The notes beneath the pieces are model-generated. The model was not told the origin of the DNA and made no database searches. It saw nothing but the letters and a program-made list of their open reading frames with translations. A DNA stretch of 64,000 nt from the human T2T-CHM13v2.0 reference genome, Homo sapiens. Made by a program: the position numbers and the translations under genes. Numbering within the stretch: position 1 is the first letter of the stretch; each line of letters begins with the position of its first letter. The stretch is from NCBI RefSeq assembly GCF_009914755.1, contig NC_060937.1; one strand, given 5' to 3'. This document shows positions 26,266 through 39,640 of this stretch, one piece after another.

Positions 26266-28359
26266 TCTCTCTCTATGTGTTTGTGTGTGTGTGTCTGAGA
26301 AATATATATATATATATATGCCTGATAATATTCTAAACCATTGAATAATATCAGGCAGATAGATATTGCCCAGTGAATTTAAATTATCATTATTACTTTA
26401 TTGATATTGGATAGGAAAGTATCATATTACAAAGTAAGATATCATAGTTAAAAGTTCACAATATGAAGAAATGCACGTGACCACATTCCCCTAAGTCACT
26501 TTCCTAAACAGTGCATATAAATGTTGAGGACAATCTCAGTAAAGTGCTAAGATTATTTTTATACCATCTAAAGAAAAGATAAGGATTTGAAGGTTTGGGA
26601 TGTTTGCTTTCTGGATTTCATTTGGTTTGTTTTTTCAATCCTTAGATGCTTTTTTTGTCATTGCTCACCAAAGATGTTTATGCTTTTTCTAATTTTCAGT
26701 GAAATGGCTACACAAATCTAAAAATTGTGGGAGGAACAGAATTTAATATATGTGTCTCTTCATATAGACTGAATTTAGTAAACATGATGTGCATAATAGA
26801 ATAGAATCTGGTTTGTACATATATGAAGAGGGTTAAATAACATTAATACTGATATATTTTGAGTGTTCAGATGATTATTTTAATACCCCATATACATAGT
26901 CAAAATTTTAGGTTATTTTGATATATTCTAATTCAAGATATCTCAAGTAGGTTATAACTTTAGATTCTTAGAGGCACCCACCATACTGATGTTCTTACAA
27001 AGAGGCTTATGCACCTTTTTATGGATGTTAAGGAATACCTTCCAGACCTATGGGAAGGTAAAAAATAATAATAATGAGAGCTAATTTGTCAGCTTGACAA
27101 TTTCAGAAATCCATCATTTGACTACAGTAAAGTAGTCTTATACAAGAGAGTGAGCCAATTAACCCTGCCACTCACAGGCAGCAAAGTACAAAAGAGATTT
27201 AAGATTAGAGGTCTGAGATATCAAATTTAATGCATGACTTAAAATATATGTCTTCTGGTGCAGTGATACATGAATGGCTGAAATCTTTGGCACATTTCTG
27301 GCATTGAGAATGATTGACAATTAGATACAAGGGGAATTTTGGACATGATAGAAATAGGTCAATATTCAGTTTTGTTCCTCCATTCAAAGAATAGAAGCAA
27401 ACTCTAGAAAACTGTCAGAGCTTAATTTTATTTTATTTCTCCTTTAAAAATAAGTCCCTGTTTGGCCACATACCAGCACTTTGATACTGACAATGGATGT
27501 TTGCTTTCTGGATTTCATTTGAAGAATGTGTTCTTCTCCCTGGTAAAATGTGAACAACGCTTCTTAAAAACTATAATAAAACAAAGCATTGAATAAAGTC
27601 AGAAAACGTTGGTCATAATCAGAAATATTACAAAAACTACCTGTATGATCTTATTTGAGCAATAGAATAATTTTATTCCCCAGTTTACAGAAATAGAAAA
27701 TGAGAAAAATGACTAAATTTAAATTTCAGTGTTTCTTCCAGTTAAAAAAAAACACCCAAACCATTCATCATCTTAATTGCCTACTTCCTCAACTCATGTT
27801 GCTACATTAAATTACAATGAACTTTCAATAAAATAGTTCATTCAGTTCAGTTTTAATTTGAGCTAGAGCCCATGTGCTGATGCTAAGAAACTACACAAAC
27901 AATAAAAATATAAATTGAAATGTTTGCTCTCTTCTAGAAGATAATAACAAAGAGTGTTTTTTTGGAAATATGAGGACAATTCACTGTAAGTTTACCTAGA
28001 CTATTGAATCTATAATGCTGTTTTATTTCTAATAAATATTTTGAATAATAATGAGACTACTTTTAAAGGAAAACACATACATGCTGGAATATATGGACAG
28101 AATATATTTTCTTTCCATCCACATAAAATTTTACATAGTGAATTTAATTTTTTAAAAAGAGAAAATGGTCAAGATAACTAAAACACTTACTTACATTAAT
28201 AGATTGTTTAATTATTTTCTGTACTTGCAAAAGATCTAAATATTTATTTATAAAACTCAATGGATTAGAAATATGTATTAGATGAGATCATTACATATTC
28301 TTTGTGCCATAAAAATTTAAAAAATGTTTTTTAACTTGGGGGTTCAGATTTTAATCAGT

Positions 28360-29690
28360 TTTTTGCTTTTTAAATATTTTAATTGATACGTAATGGATAA
28401 ACATTTTGGGGGCACGTGTGATAATTTCATACATTCGTATAGTCAAATCAGAGTATTGGGTTATTCATCACTTTAAATACTTTTCTTAACACTAAAAACA
28501 TCAAATTATTCTCTCCTAGCTGTTTTGAAATGTACAGTTAATGTTAACTATAGTCCCCCTCCTGATCTATTGGACACTAGGTCTTATTTCTTTTATTTAA
28601 CTGTATATTTATGCCAATTAGTGAACCTGTCTTCATTCCTTCCTCCCCACTATTTCTTCCTGGCTTCTTGTAACTACAAATCTACTCTCTGTCTTCATGG
28701 ATACACCATATTTTTAGCTCTCACATGTAAGTGAGGACATGAAATATTTGCATTTCTGTGCTTGGCTTTTGTATTAGTATGTTCTCAGATTGCTATAAAG
28801 AACTACCTGAAATTGGGTAATTTATTTTTAAAAAAATTGGTTTTAACTGACTCACAGTTCTGCAGGCCGTACAGGCAGCATGGCTGGTGAGGTCTCAAGA
28901 AACTTAAAATCATGGTGGAAGGCAAAGAGGAAGGAAGCATGTCTTACAGTGCTGGAGTAGGAGGAAGAGAGAGCAGGGAGAGGCGCTACACACTTTTAAA
29001 CAACCAGGTGTCATGAGAACTCACTCACTATCACAAGAACAGCAAGGGGAAAATCTGCGCCAATCATCCAATCACCTCCTACCAGGCCCCTCCTGGGGCT
29101 TACAATTTGACTTAAGCTTTGGGCAGGGACACAAATCCAAAACATATCAGCTTGTTTACTTAATATAATCATCTCCAGTTCAATCCATGTTGATGCAAAC
29201 GACAAATTTTGAATCTTTATCAATATTCCATTATGTGTACATACCACATTTTCTTTATCCATTCATCTATTGAGAGCTAATTAGGCTGATTCCCTACATG
29301 GCTATTGTGAATCATGCTGCAATAAACATGGGAGTGTAGATATCACTTTAATGTATTGATTTCCTTTCTTTTGGATATATACCCACTAGTTGAATTGCAA
29401 GGTTACATGGTTGCTTTATTTTTACTGTTTTTCAGGAATGTCTATACTGTGTTCCATAGTGGCTGTACTAATTTACATTTCCACCAACAGTGTATGACAG
29501 TTCCCCTTTCTCTACATGCTCGCCAGCACCTGTTATTTCCTGTCTGTTTGATAAAAGTCATTCTAACTGGAATGAGATGATATCTAATTGCAGTTTTAAT
29601 TTGCATTTCTTTCATGAGTAGTGATGTTGAGTACTTTTTCATATAGCTGTTAGGCATTTGCATGTCTTCTTTTGAGAAACATCTTTAATC
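28360..29690 (-). mobile_element. L1MA 3' end (interrupted by THE1 LTR)
   Basis: Antisense L1 3'UTR and ORF2 end; the ORF at 29442-29663(-) is L1 ORF2 C-terminus-like ('MQIKTAIRYHLIPVRM...HCWWKCKLVQPLW'). Confidence 0.92.
28770..29149 (-). mobile_element. THE1D-like MaLR solo LTR
   Basis: 'tgtattagt...ttgctataaagaactacctga...cacaaatccaaaacatatca'; TSD gcttt/gcttg. Confidence 0.9.
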
Positions 29691-30119
29691 AAGTTTTGAA
29701 ATTAACTGTGATAGGATAAAAGTTTTGAGAAATTGAAATAGAATGATATCATCAATATATGCTACACTATTGAGCAGAAAATATTATAATTGTGATTATA
29801 TAACCTAGGCTATCAGCCAATAAGAAACAGTCTCTTGAAATAAGAGATAATGAATTTTTACAAAGAAGATATAGACATATAGCTGTGGAAATTCCATATA
29901 TCCAAGTCAGGTAAAGGTTAAAAGAGATGTTCAAATACAACATAGAGACGTGTTATTAAAAGAGAAGTGGATTGTTTTCACCTTATTATTGTATCATAAA
30001 TGAACCGCACTTAGAGCCAAACTGTCATCAGTGTTCTTTCTTTTCTTTTTATTTTTTGGATTTCTCCGGGCCCCACTAAACTCTTCTGCTGTTCATCTTG
30101 CACATACTCAATTTCCTTT

Positions 30120-30646
30120 TCTGTCTAGTGAACCATTTTCATAACTGTTATCATTCAAAATGTAAATCACGCTTTATGAAATTTAGGCTTAAATTTGTTT
30201 AATTCCTGTGTACACAAAGTGAAAATAAAACTTTTATATTATTGTGCATTATAAGGTGCGTATTTATTTAACTTCATCCCTTAACCATGTCACACTCTAA
30301 GATCTGGAACTATTTTTAGCTCCCTGCCTATTATTTATCTGTATTCTAGGCAAGTAATAACTGCCTCTAAGATGTTTGATCCCATACATTTCTTAGCTAA
30401 GCTCTCCACTCTTGACATTAATTTTTCTAGAAATCCTTTCCAATCGTCATTCAACAATCGTCTCCGTTGTCTTTCTTCTATAAACCTTTCGAAAAGCTCA
30501 AACAAACCAGCTTTTACACTGAATAAAAATTGATTGCTTCTTAGACTGTTAGCAATTTGAGAGTATATTTGCCTTTATTTCCCCATTATTTAGCCTGGTA
30601 CTTAAGTCATAAAGGTCCTAAACATCAATTGGATATGAATTAATGA
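30120..30646 (+). mobile_element. L2 3' remnant
   Basis: 'ttagactgttagcaatttgagag...ttagcctggtac...atgaattaatga' resembles the L2 3' end. Confidence 0.45.
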
Positions 30647-31704
30647 TAGTCATTTACCACATTCTGATTTCAATGCACTTCAATGCTATCACACATTAAA
30701 TTAGGATGGGTTAACACAAACAGTGGTGGTAATGAAATAAATTATATATTAAAAACTTTTATTATAGAGCAATATGGTTATATTAAGATATTTTTGATAA
30801 GGAAAGACATAGACATAGATATATTACACAAACAGACATGCATATATGTGTATTTATTACATTCCTTATAGTCAAACATAATTGAAACATGTACATATTG
30901 CAGCCTAAAATTGTAGAGTAAATGTCTTCCTTAGGTATTATCAAAGTGAGAGTAAATTGCTTGCAGACAGTTTGTTGCCAGTTATTGGAACATTTTAAAA
31001 GGGTTATTTTGTTAAACTTATATCCTAAGTCTATTAAGTGTCCTATAGTTCCAAAGCAACCAGCCACTGTAATTTATCATTTAATTTTGTTAGTTACTGA
31101 TTTGGTCTATGTAGCCATGAGTAAAATCGGCCATTTTTGGGGGGAAATATTGAAGATTTGATACTCATTCAGCTGTAACTATGAAAAGCCTCAGAAAACT
31201 GGGGATAAGTGTTTTATCCTTTTCTACAAAACTATAAATGCACATCTATGAAAGTTTCTAATATATGTGAATTCATGGTCCCTGAAATCTAAAGATAGTG
31301 ACTCACATTGATTATTCTATTCATTTTCTTCATGCCGACTAAAAATTAGCTCAAATTATGAGTACTAAAAATCATCACTCACATCTGCTTTTTAGTTGCT
31401 TATTTTTTATGTTTACCTGATAAATATTTCTTTGATCATTCTTTATAATTTATACTGAGATAAAAACTATATGTGAATGCATTCTTTGATAAAAATGAAA
31501 TTTACAAGTTTTACTGATTATCATTCTTATTTCACTAAAAACTTTTTAGTTAAAGATGTTTGAGAGTCATTTGAATAAGGAATGAAGAGGAATAGAAAAA
31601 TTTTAAAATCAAACATCTAAGATACAGTTAAATAAATATTTTTATTTAAAATCACTTTGTTAGAATTGCAATTTAGTTGTGAAACTAACATTAGAAACAT
31701 ACTC

Positions 31705-32917
31705 AAGGCTTTCAGTTCTGGTTCCGCGTGGAAGGAGATTAGATGTCATTACTCCCACCTTCAAACCCTCAAAAAAAAACACTAAATAATCTAAAAATCA
31801 ACAACTCTTCTTAGATCCCTAAAAGGACTGAATTGCAGTCACAGGAAAATTGTTTCCCATAACATTGGAGAGAAAAATAGACAGATACAGAGAAACACAG
31901 CCTACCAGAGCAGAAGCTCAGGGGCAGGGACCTCCAAGTACCAGGGTTAAATAGTTCAAAATATGATGGACAAATTGCTAGAGGCTCAGTGTAGACAAGC
32001 TTGAAAGATTAAAAAGTTCCAGAGAACTGAGTATTAGGTGAAGTTCTCTTAATCTCAAGAGTTTCACGTCCAGGAATCCTACCAAGTTCTTACAGTGAAT
32101 GCCCAGGAAAATTCTCCTAATGCTCCTGAAAGGGGGATGGGGAATGATAGTCTTTCTGAAATACATCCAAAGCATTCTGTTCTCCTTAACAAGGCCTTTC
32201 CCCAACATAATCTATTTTTCTAGAGCCTATGTAACCTGAGGAAGAGAAATACCCAACTCTAGCCCCCTCTAGCTTTCCATGAGAGGAAATTAAAATACCA
32301 AAATCCAGGTTTTTCTAGCCTTTCTGTATAACACGGGGGACGGGGGGTGTAAGGAACCATAGGAAGCTTTGGAAAAGATAATAGCCAAGAACTGAATCTC
32401 AATACAAGACTGAAAATGAATAGAACTATAAAATATTTCTCCTCCATCCCACACCTTATCTCCACATCAGTAGGGCTCCTGTGTAGTAAGAGTGGATAGT
32501 AACAAAAAGAAACACATGTCCCAGACCTTATCCAAGAAATTGTTTCCATGTAAAACTAAGGTCAACAGAGTAGATTAAAACAAAAAACACCAAAAAAAAT
32601 TTAAGTGACTGAGACCTACAGCTATAGCTAACAGGAAATATCTCCCAACTCTTAGCCAGATAAATATAAAACTCTAGTCTCAAGGCCTGTTTACATCAGG
32701 TCTTTTTTACTAAGTATGCCATGTCCAGCTTTCAACAAAATATTACAAAGCATACTAAAAGACATCTTTTCCCAACTTGAAAAAAAATTTAAAACACAGT
32801 ATAAAGGGAAAGAACAAGCATTGGAATGAAACTCAGATATGACAGAGATTGGGGAATTTTTAGATGAGAAATTTAAAACAACTAGAATTAACATACTTAG
32901 GCTCTAATGGAAAAAAA
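31705..32917 (+). mobile_element. Old L1M 5'UTR / ORF1-start remnant
   Basis: 'atgtccagctttcaacaaaatattacaaagcat', 'actcagatatgacagagattgggg...aaatttaaaacaact'. Confidence 0.7.
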
Positions 32918-33487
32918 CAGCCATGATATGGAATCTACACAAGTGTCCATCAATGGATGAAGGGATTTTAAAAGAATGGCATATATACACAATGGAATAC
33001 CAATCTGCCATAAAAAAGTAAAATCCTGTCATTTGCAGCAACATAGATAGAATTGGAGGTCATTATGTTAAATGAAATAAGCCAGGCACAGAAAAACAAG
33101 TATCACATGTTCTCATTCACATATGAGTGGTAAAAAACGTTAATCATATGGATATAGAAAGTAGAATGGTAGTTGCCAGTGGCTGGGAAAGTGGGAAGGA
33201 TGAAGAGAAATAGATTACTGGGCACAAACATACAGTTTGACAAAAGGAATAAGTCCTAGTGTTCAGTAGTGCATTAGGATGACTATAGTTAACAATGATA
33301 GATTATGTATTTCAAAATAGCTAGAAAAGAAGATTTGCAATTTACCTAATACAAAGAAATAATAAATGTTTGAGGTTACAGATATTCAAAATAACCTGAT
33401 TTGATCATTACACATTGTATGCATGTACCCAAATATCACATATAACCCATAAATATGTACATATTATATATTGACAAAAATTAAAAA
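32918..33487 (+). mobile_element. L1MA 3' end
   Basis: 'aagtgtccatcaatggatgaa...tcatttgcagcaacat...ctgatttgatcattacacattgtatgcatgt'. Confidence 0.92.
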
Positions 33488-33499
33488 GGATTAACTGAA

Positions 33500-34990
33500 T
33501 GGGTTGCACACAATGAACTACATTTATTCCAACATTCTCATCTCCCTGAGCTTTAAGATTCCTTGTTATATGGTAGGCCAGGGAAATTCCAGCATTTTGT
33601 ATTCACTGAATCTTCACTAAATCCTGTTAACCAACCCAGCAGACAATTAATATTTCTCCCAGCCAACATATATCTGTGTAGGTTCACCCTTATCAATATT
33701 TTATGCTAATCAAGTCCTGTATTTCATCCTGCTTGCTCTAACATTATCAGACTTCATTTGCATGCATGCTTTATAGACCCTTGTTCATACAAATCAGTGA
33801 CACCTTGTGATATGCTTAGTGTGGTGAAGCTATTTCGTCCTGGATAATACTTCCAGCTTCTCCATCAGAGCTATGGTGGAATGTAGTTACTATTATGTAT
33901 ATGAAGGTTATGAGGCGTGATCTTTTATGGGTCTTGAAGACATTCATTATCCCTTAGCAAAGCAACTCTTTTTTGCAGTTATTAGAAAGATCTTATAACA
34001 GAGAAGATGTGTTCCTCCCGTTGAGAGGTAAGTGGCTGCCTTTTCTGGCAGAGAGGCGTTTGTAGGTTTGAAGTTCTAAGACTCATCCATGTTTGTGCAA
34101 AATTCCTCAGATATTATTCTGAGTTTCTTTTCTTCTCCATCAATGCCTTTACGTGTCACTGAAATTCTGCATTGTCATGTTTTGGGCTCAGTTCTTAACC
34201 TTTCTTCTTTAAAAACTTAAGAGATGAGAGACTTGTTCTGAAGTTGCCAGAAAGGTTTCTGATTTTCCAGTTGGGCTCTCTGCTGGGCATTTAAACCTTC
34301 CAAATTGTTCTTTCAATCTGCCACCACTCTAAATCTATAAGAAGCGGTCTAGCGTCCCCATAAACTTTATAATCATTTTTGTTAAAATCTACAAGTAAGT
34401 GATCTACAAGTGTCTTGCTTTTGACCTGCACTTCATTCCTTGTCTGCAGAAATATATATTAGAAATGTATTACCCAATTGTCAGCTTTGCCTTAAGTATA
34501 TGAATAACTTTATCCCAGAATCCCATTGCCAGGATCTGTTTCTGGAGCTACAGTATCAATTACTGTAATTTTTGGCACAGGTGACATAATCACATGAAGA
34601 GAATTTAATAAAAAGACTTATTTAAGCTTGGTAGAGATGGTTAAGAGAACTATTGAAGCACCCTGCGCTAGTCACAGAAAAGGGCAGGGAGAAGAAACAT
34701 TTACTGGAACACAAGCGAGAATAATTTTATCTGAAAGCCACCATTCCTGACAAGAGCTATGTCTTTTGATAGAGGGAGACAACTCAGCTAGAGAAGCACA
34801 GAAGGCAGCCACCTAGTGGAACTCCTTCTTCAGACTTTTTCTTTCCTCATGCCTTAATCTCCAAGCAGCAGATGGAAACCATTTGAGGCAACACACATGC
34901 AGGTTAGACTCCCTGGGAATATAGCAGATTATAAAAGCATAGAGAGCAGATTTAGAGGGAAAATTAAACAGAAATACAGACTCTTCACTG
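33500..34990 (-). mobile_element. Ancient ERVL-class remnant: internal region (33500-34563) plus LTR (34564-~34990)
   Basis: Junction 'cccagaatccca...gatctgtttct...gtatcaattac|tgta' resembles an ERVL int/LTR border; LTR motif 'gaagagaatttaataaaaagact'. Confidence 0.5.
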
Positions 34991-36717
34991 TGGTTTTCCA
35001 TTACCAATTACTAGAATAGCACAAGACAGGTATTCTGTTTTAGTGTATTATAATAAAATAATCCGAATATACAATACAATTGTAAATGATATCAGCAAAT
35101 TTAGCCTAAAAGTCAAACTTAGTTATACAATTATTAATGCATAAATATGACTCCATTAATTTTCATGCATAAATGAGTTAGAAAGGAAGTAGTACATTTT
35201 GACTGATATAAAAATAATGTATTATATGTTTGAGTAGGATGTTTTAATTTTGACCTTCAAAGTTATAAACTTGTTTGTTATATTTAGCACAAATCCACTG
35301 GGTTAAAAAATGTCTCCCAGATATAATCCGATATATTATAAGTGTCTCCAATCTGAGGTTGTAAAAATTAACATCATAGGAAGGTATGTACAATTGATTA
35401 TAAAATAAGCATGGATAACAAACAATTACTTTATTCTAATTCCATTCACGTTAATAGTATGAACAGTTTTCTGAAATTCATGACTCCTAAACATACAAAT
35501 GAACTTTGTACATTTTCTCTCTAATCTTAGTCAGAAAATGTTAAAAACAGTCATTAAAATATGCATTTTATCCAATAACATGATTGGTACATAGTTTACT
35601 TCTGATTGTTGGAATTGATAATATTAATGAATAATGCTTTTCTTGAGCTTATTGGTTGTTTTTGTGCATACATCAAATTTTCTTGACGTTTATATATGTC
35701 AACTAAACAATATTATGCCAAAATTTTAGGGAAACTTTCTGTCATAATTTGCAAAGTCAAGCTATATTGTGTTTATTCATGCTAGTTTTTAAGTCGATAG
35801 GCCTTCAAATGTTCATCATCACAGTGTAAAAGAAGGTAACATAGATGTCATCAAATTGAGTCATGGCTGCCTAAAGTGAAGAACTGTTCTCAAGAAGTGG
35901 CATCCAAAACATACAACATTCAGCCCTCATGGTCAGCAGATTTAATTATACATTTTGATTCAACATTTCAAATGAATTAAAGTGAAACAGTTTTCCTTAA
36001 GTATGGGATTTAGCCTTGAAAATTCTGATATAGTGAACTCACCTCATTATATCTGAACACAGACTTACTACATAATCTCTAATTCTCCCCTTAAAAACAG
36101 AAATGAAAAAAAAAGCCTAAGATAGCTTTTCAAAATCCACCTCACTATATCAAAATACATCTATTAATGTGTTAGAAGGCAGTAAGAATGTTAGAAACAA
36201 CTTTTAGGGAAGATTATTTCTGATGAAATACGGCATTACAGAAAGCAAGGTTTTCCAGCACTGTCTCAATTGATTTCTGACTCTTTCTCTTCCTTACAAC
36301 CAAAATTTGAGTTTTTACAAAAGCTAGCATGTGTACACACAGTTTATATAGAGTTAAACTACCTGTGAATTAAAGTTAGTATTTTTTTGACATATGTAAA
36401 CACAATAAACAAAATTTGATATATGAGGGAAATAACAAATGCAGCAGGAGGAAAACAGTAATATACTTTTGTTTAAATGAACAAAGTGGACTATATTTTT
36501 CACCTGAATGTGAACCCACATGGAAAACTAACTGAAATAACACAAGTATACTCCTATTCTTGAATGCCAGAACTATGTTTTGAAAAAATCCTTCATCAAT
36601 AACGTGAGTATTGATTTTTTCACATCATTATTTTAGTAATTTTAATTTCTACTTAGTATATTAGTGTTATTGTTAGTATTTTATATTAACTTTATTTTAT
36701 TATTAAATGTATGCTAT

Positions 36718-37046
36718 TGCCAGGCTCGGTGGCTCACGCCTGTAATCCCAGCACTTTGGGAGGCCCAGGCGGGTGGATCACCTGAGGTCGGGAGTTCGAG
36801 ACCAGCCTGACCAACAGGGAGAAACCCTCTCTCTACTAAAAATACAAAAAAGGATTAGTCAGGTGTGGTGGCGCATGCCTGTAATTCCAGCTAGTCATTA
36901 CTCGGGAGGCTAAGGCAGGACAATCACTTGAACCTGGGAGGCGGAGGTTGTGGTGAGCTGAGATTTTGCCATTTCACTCCAGCCTGGGCAAGAAGAGCGA
37001 ATCTCTGACTCAAAAAATAAATAAATAAATAAATAAATAAATAAAT
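36718..37046 (+). mobile_element. AluSp-like with (TAAA)n tail
   Basis: 'gcctgaccaacagggagaaaccc'; 7-bp insertion in the right arm ('ctagtcattactc'). Confidence 0.95.
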
Positions 37047-38512
37047 ATGTTGTTTACTAGCATTATAACAATCAAATTATATGCATTTATTTAATCATTA
37101 CAACATATTTTCTGGTACTAGATTACTGTTTTAAAGATTATGAAAATGAGACTCATTTTAGTGCCATAATTTAGTGTCAATTATGTTGCCAATGTAATTA
37201 TAAATGTACAAGTAAATGGAGTAATACACACACATACTCAATTTTCCTATCATATATCATGAATAAATATAAGCAACTTTTTCAAAAATTTATAGATCTA
37301 TTTATTAATTAAAGACAACTTTTTATTATATCATAATATATTATGACATTTCTTAAAGTAGCGCAGATTTTTAAATACATATATATACATACTCATTGAT
37401 TTAAAATGCTTTTTCCAGAAAAAAAAACTTATACTTGCAAGATTTTGCTTAATAATATGGTTTTTATAATTATATTACTTTTCTTCATGGGTTTTAAATT
37501 TCCAAGATTTCCTACTATCACCTTTCTTTGCTGTAACCAATTTGTTTTAACAGTGTTGACAGGAGCACTGTTAGAGATACAGAGATTGAATCCCTGAGGA
37601 AAACGTGATTCAATTTCATGCATGAATGTTCATCTTAAAACTAACTTATTAAACTAAGGTAGGTTTTAAAAATGGCTCTAATGTTTAAAAAAAATAACAG
37701 TGACTCAAAGGAAAAGATTCCATGTAAAGCAAATGTCTATCTCTTAATCAGCTTCTTGGTGATATGAATTGATCCTTTTGCCAAAAAATAATTTTCGGTG
37801 AATAGAATTCTACATATCCAAGTGGACTAAATCCAAATGACCATTTTCTTTCCTATTATTTTTTCAATATTATAGTTAAGTCTTAAGATTAATATTTTTA
37901 TATTGTTTTGCATTGTTTTATTGGTTGGTGAGTTGGCTAGCTTTGTGCTTTTAGGAGTTTTAATTACATATACTCTTCTTTTTGTTGGAAAGGTATCATC
38001 AGTCTGGACAAAGCCTCTAATATTCTCATCCACTTGCAATTTTCCTTCAGATGGATGTTCACATTTGTGTATTTTAATGTTAAGTCCTCACCATGTATAC
38101 ATTTTAAAGAATATATGGTATTAGATTCTTTATATATTTTTATTTATATAAATTCTTTTGTAGGCTGTCATTCTGTTTCTTACTTTTACATTATACATAA
38201 TAAATTTTTAACACACATCTAAGTTGCTATACATACATCGACTTTGTCAATTCTGACTCCCACAAGTAATTTCAATATATGGAATGGCCTCATTCATCTT
38301 ATCCAGTGCCCTAGTGATGGCATACAGATTGCCACTAGCCCCCTATCTTTGTAAACATAATGTGAGAAAAATCTTTGAATGCATCTACTTACAGAATTTG
38401 TTTGAGATTGTCTAGTTCTGTATACCTAGAAATGGTTTTAAAGAGTACTAAAGAAACAAGTATTTTCACAATGTACCACCAGATAGTTTACCAGAATTTC
38501 AATTACATCTTA

Positions 38513-38863
38513 TGTATTAGTTAGTTCTCACACTGCTAGTGAAAACATACTCGAGACTGGGTAATTATAAAGGAGAGGCACCGTTCCACTTGGCTGGGTA
38601 GACCTCACAATCATGCAGGAAGGCAAGAAGGAGCAAAATCATGTCTTACATGGCAGCAGGGAGGAAAGAGCTTGTGCAGGGAAACTCCTCTTTATAAAAC
38701 CATCAGATTTCATGAGACGTATTCACTATCACGAGAACAGCATGAGAAAGATCTGCCCCCATGATTCAGTTACCTCCCACGGGGCCCCTCCCATGACACA
38801 TGAGAATTATGGGAATAAGAATTCAAGATGAGATTTGGGTGAGGACACAGCCAAACCATATTA
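38513..38863 (-). mobile_element. THE1B/C MaLR solo LTR
   Basis: 'tgtattagttagttctcacactgct...cctcacaatcatg...attcaagatgagatttgggtgaggacacagccaaacca'. Confidence 0.9.
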
Positions 38864-39194
38864 CTTTGTATTTCCCTTGAACTGTGCATGAAAATGTTAT
38901 CTTCAATGCATTCTTGTTTACCTTGGAATTGTCTTAACATATTCTAAATATTAGTTGACATCTTTATGATATGACCTTGGTCAACTCAGAGACAGAACGA
39001 ATCTCTCAATTTACTTATGACTTATTTTACACCAATAAGTAGGATTTGAGAAATTTCTCATAAAGAATCTAGGCATTCAGTGGTAGACAATAGATATTTT
39101 CTAGATTTTAATGCCATTTGCAAATAGTTTAAATATTCTATTCCCATTTGTTACTGTTGCTAGAGAGAAGCTCCAACTTGTAAGTTAATATTTT

Positions 39195-39640
39195 TTTGCA
39201 GGTTAAGTTCCGTGGAAGTAGACCCTTACTGGTGAGAAGCAAGACGGTTTTTCAGTATGAGCATCTGTGAAAGAAAGAAGGGTGGAACTGGAGAAAGAAA
39301 AATGGGCAGGAGAAGTAAAATATGATGCAGGCTTGATAAAGCCTGAGCTAACCTGATGGCAAGCTATGATGTGAGTGCAACCATAGAAGGTGTCAGGATA
39401 GGGCCAACAATCTGGGAATTCATACCCTTACCTCCCTCAGTTACTAAACTTGAACCATTCTGGGAAAGAAGTAATTCTGTACCAATTTATAAACTTATGA
39501 TTTAAGAGACCAATAATCATTCTTGAAAGACTATCTCTGGGAGTCCTGAGCAACCATGTAAGACCCGAAAACTCTGATGTTACCATGCTGGCAACTCGAT
39601 AGGTCAGTTCTCTGAAAGAGAGTACTGTCTGCATACAGTT
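39195..39640 (-). mobile_element. LTR16/LTR33-like ERVL LTR remnant
   Basis: 'ggttaagttccgtggaagtagacc...gcatctgtgaaag...ggagaagtaaaatatgatgcagg'. Confidence 0.5.

Noticed and set aside
29442-29663. ORF with clear protein similarity
   Set aside because: Decayed L1 ORF2 C-terminal fragment, not a host gene
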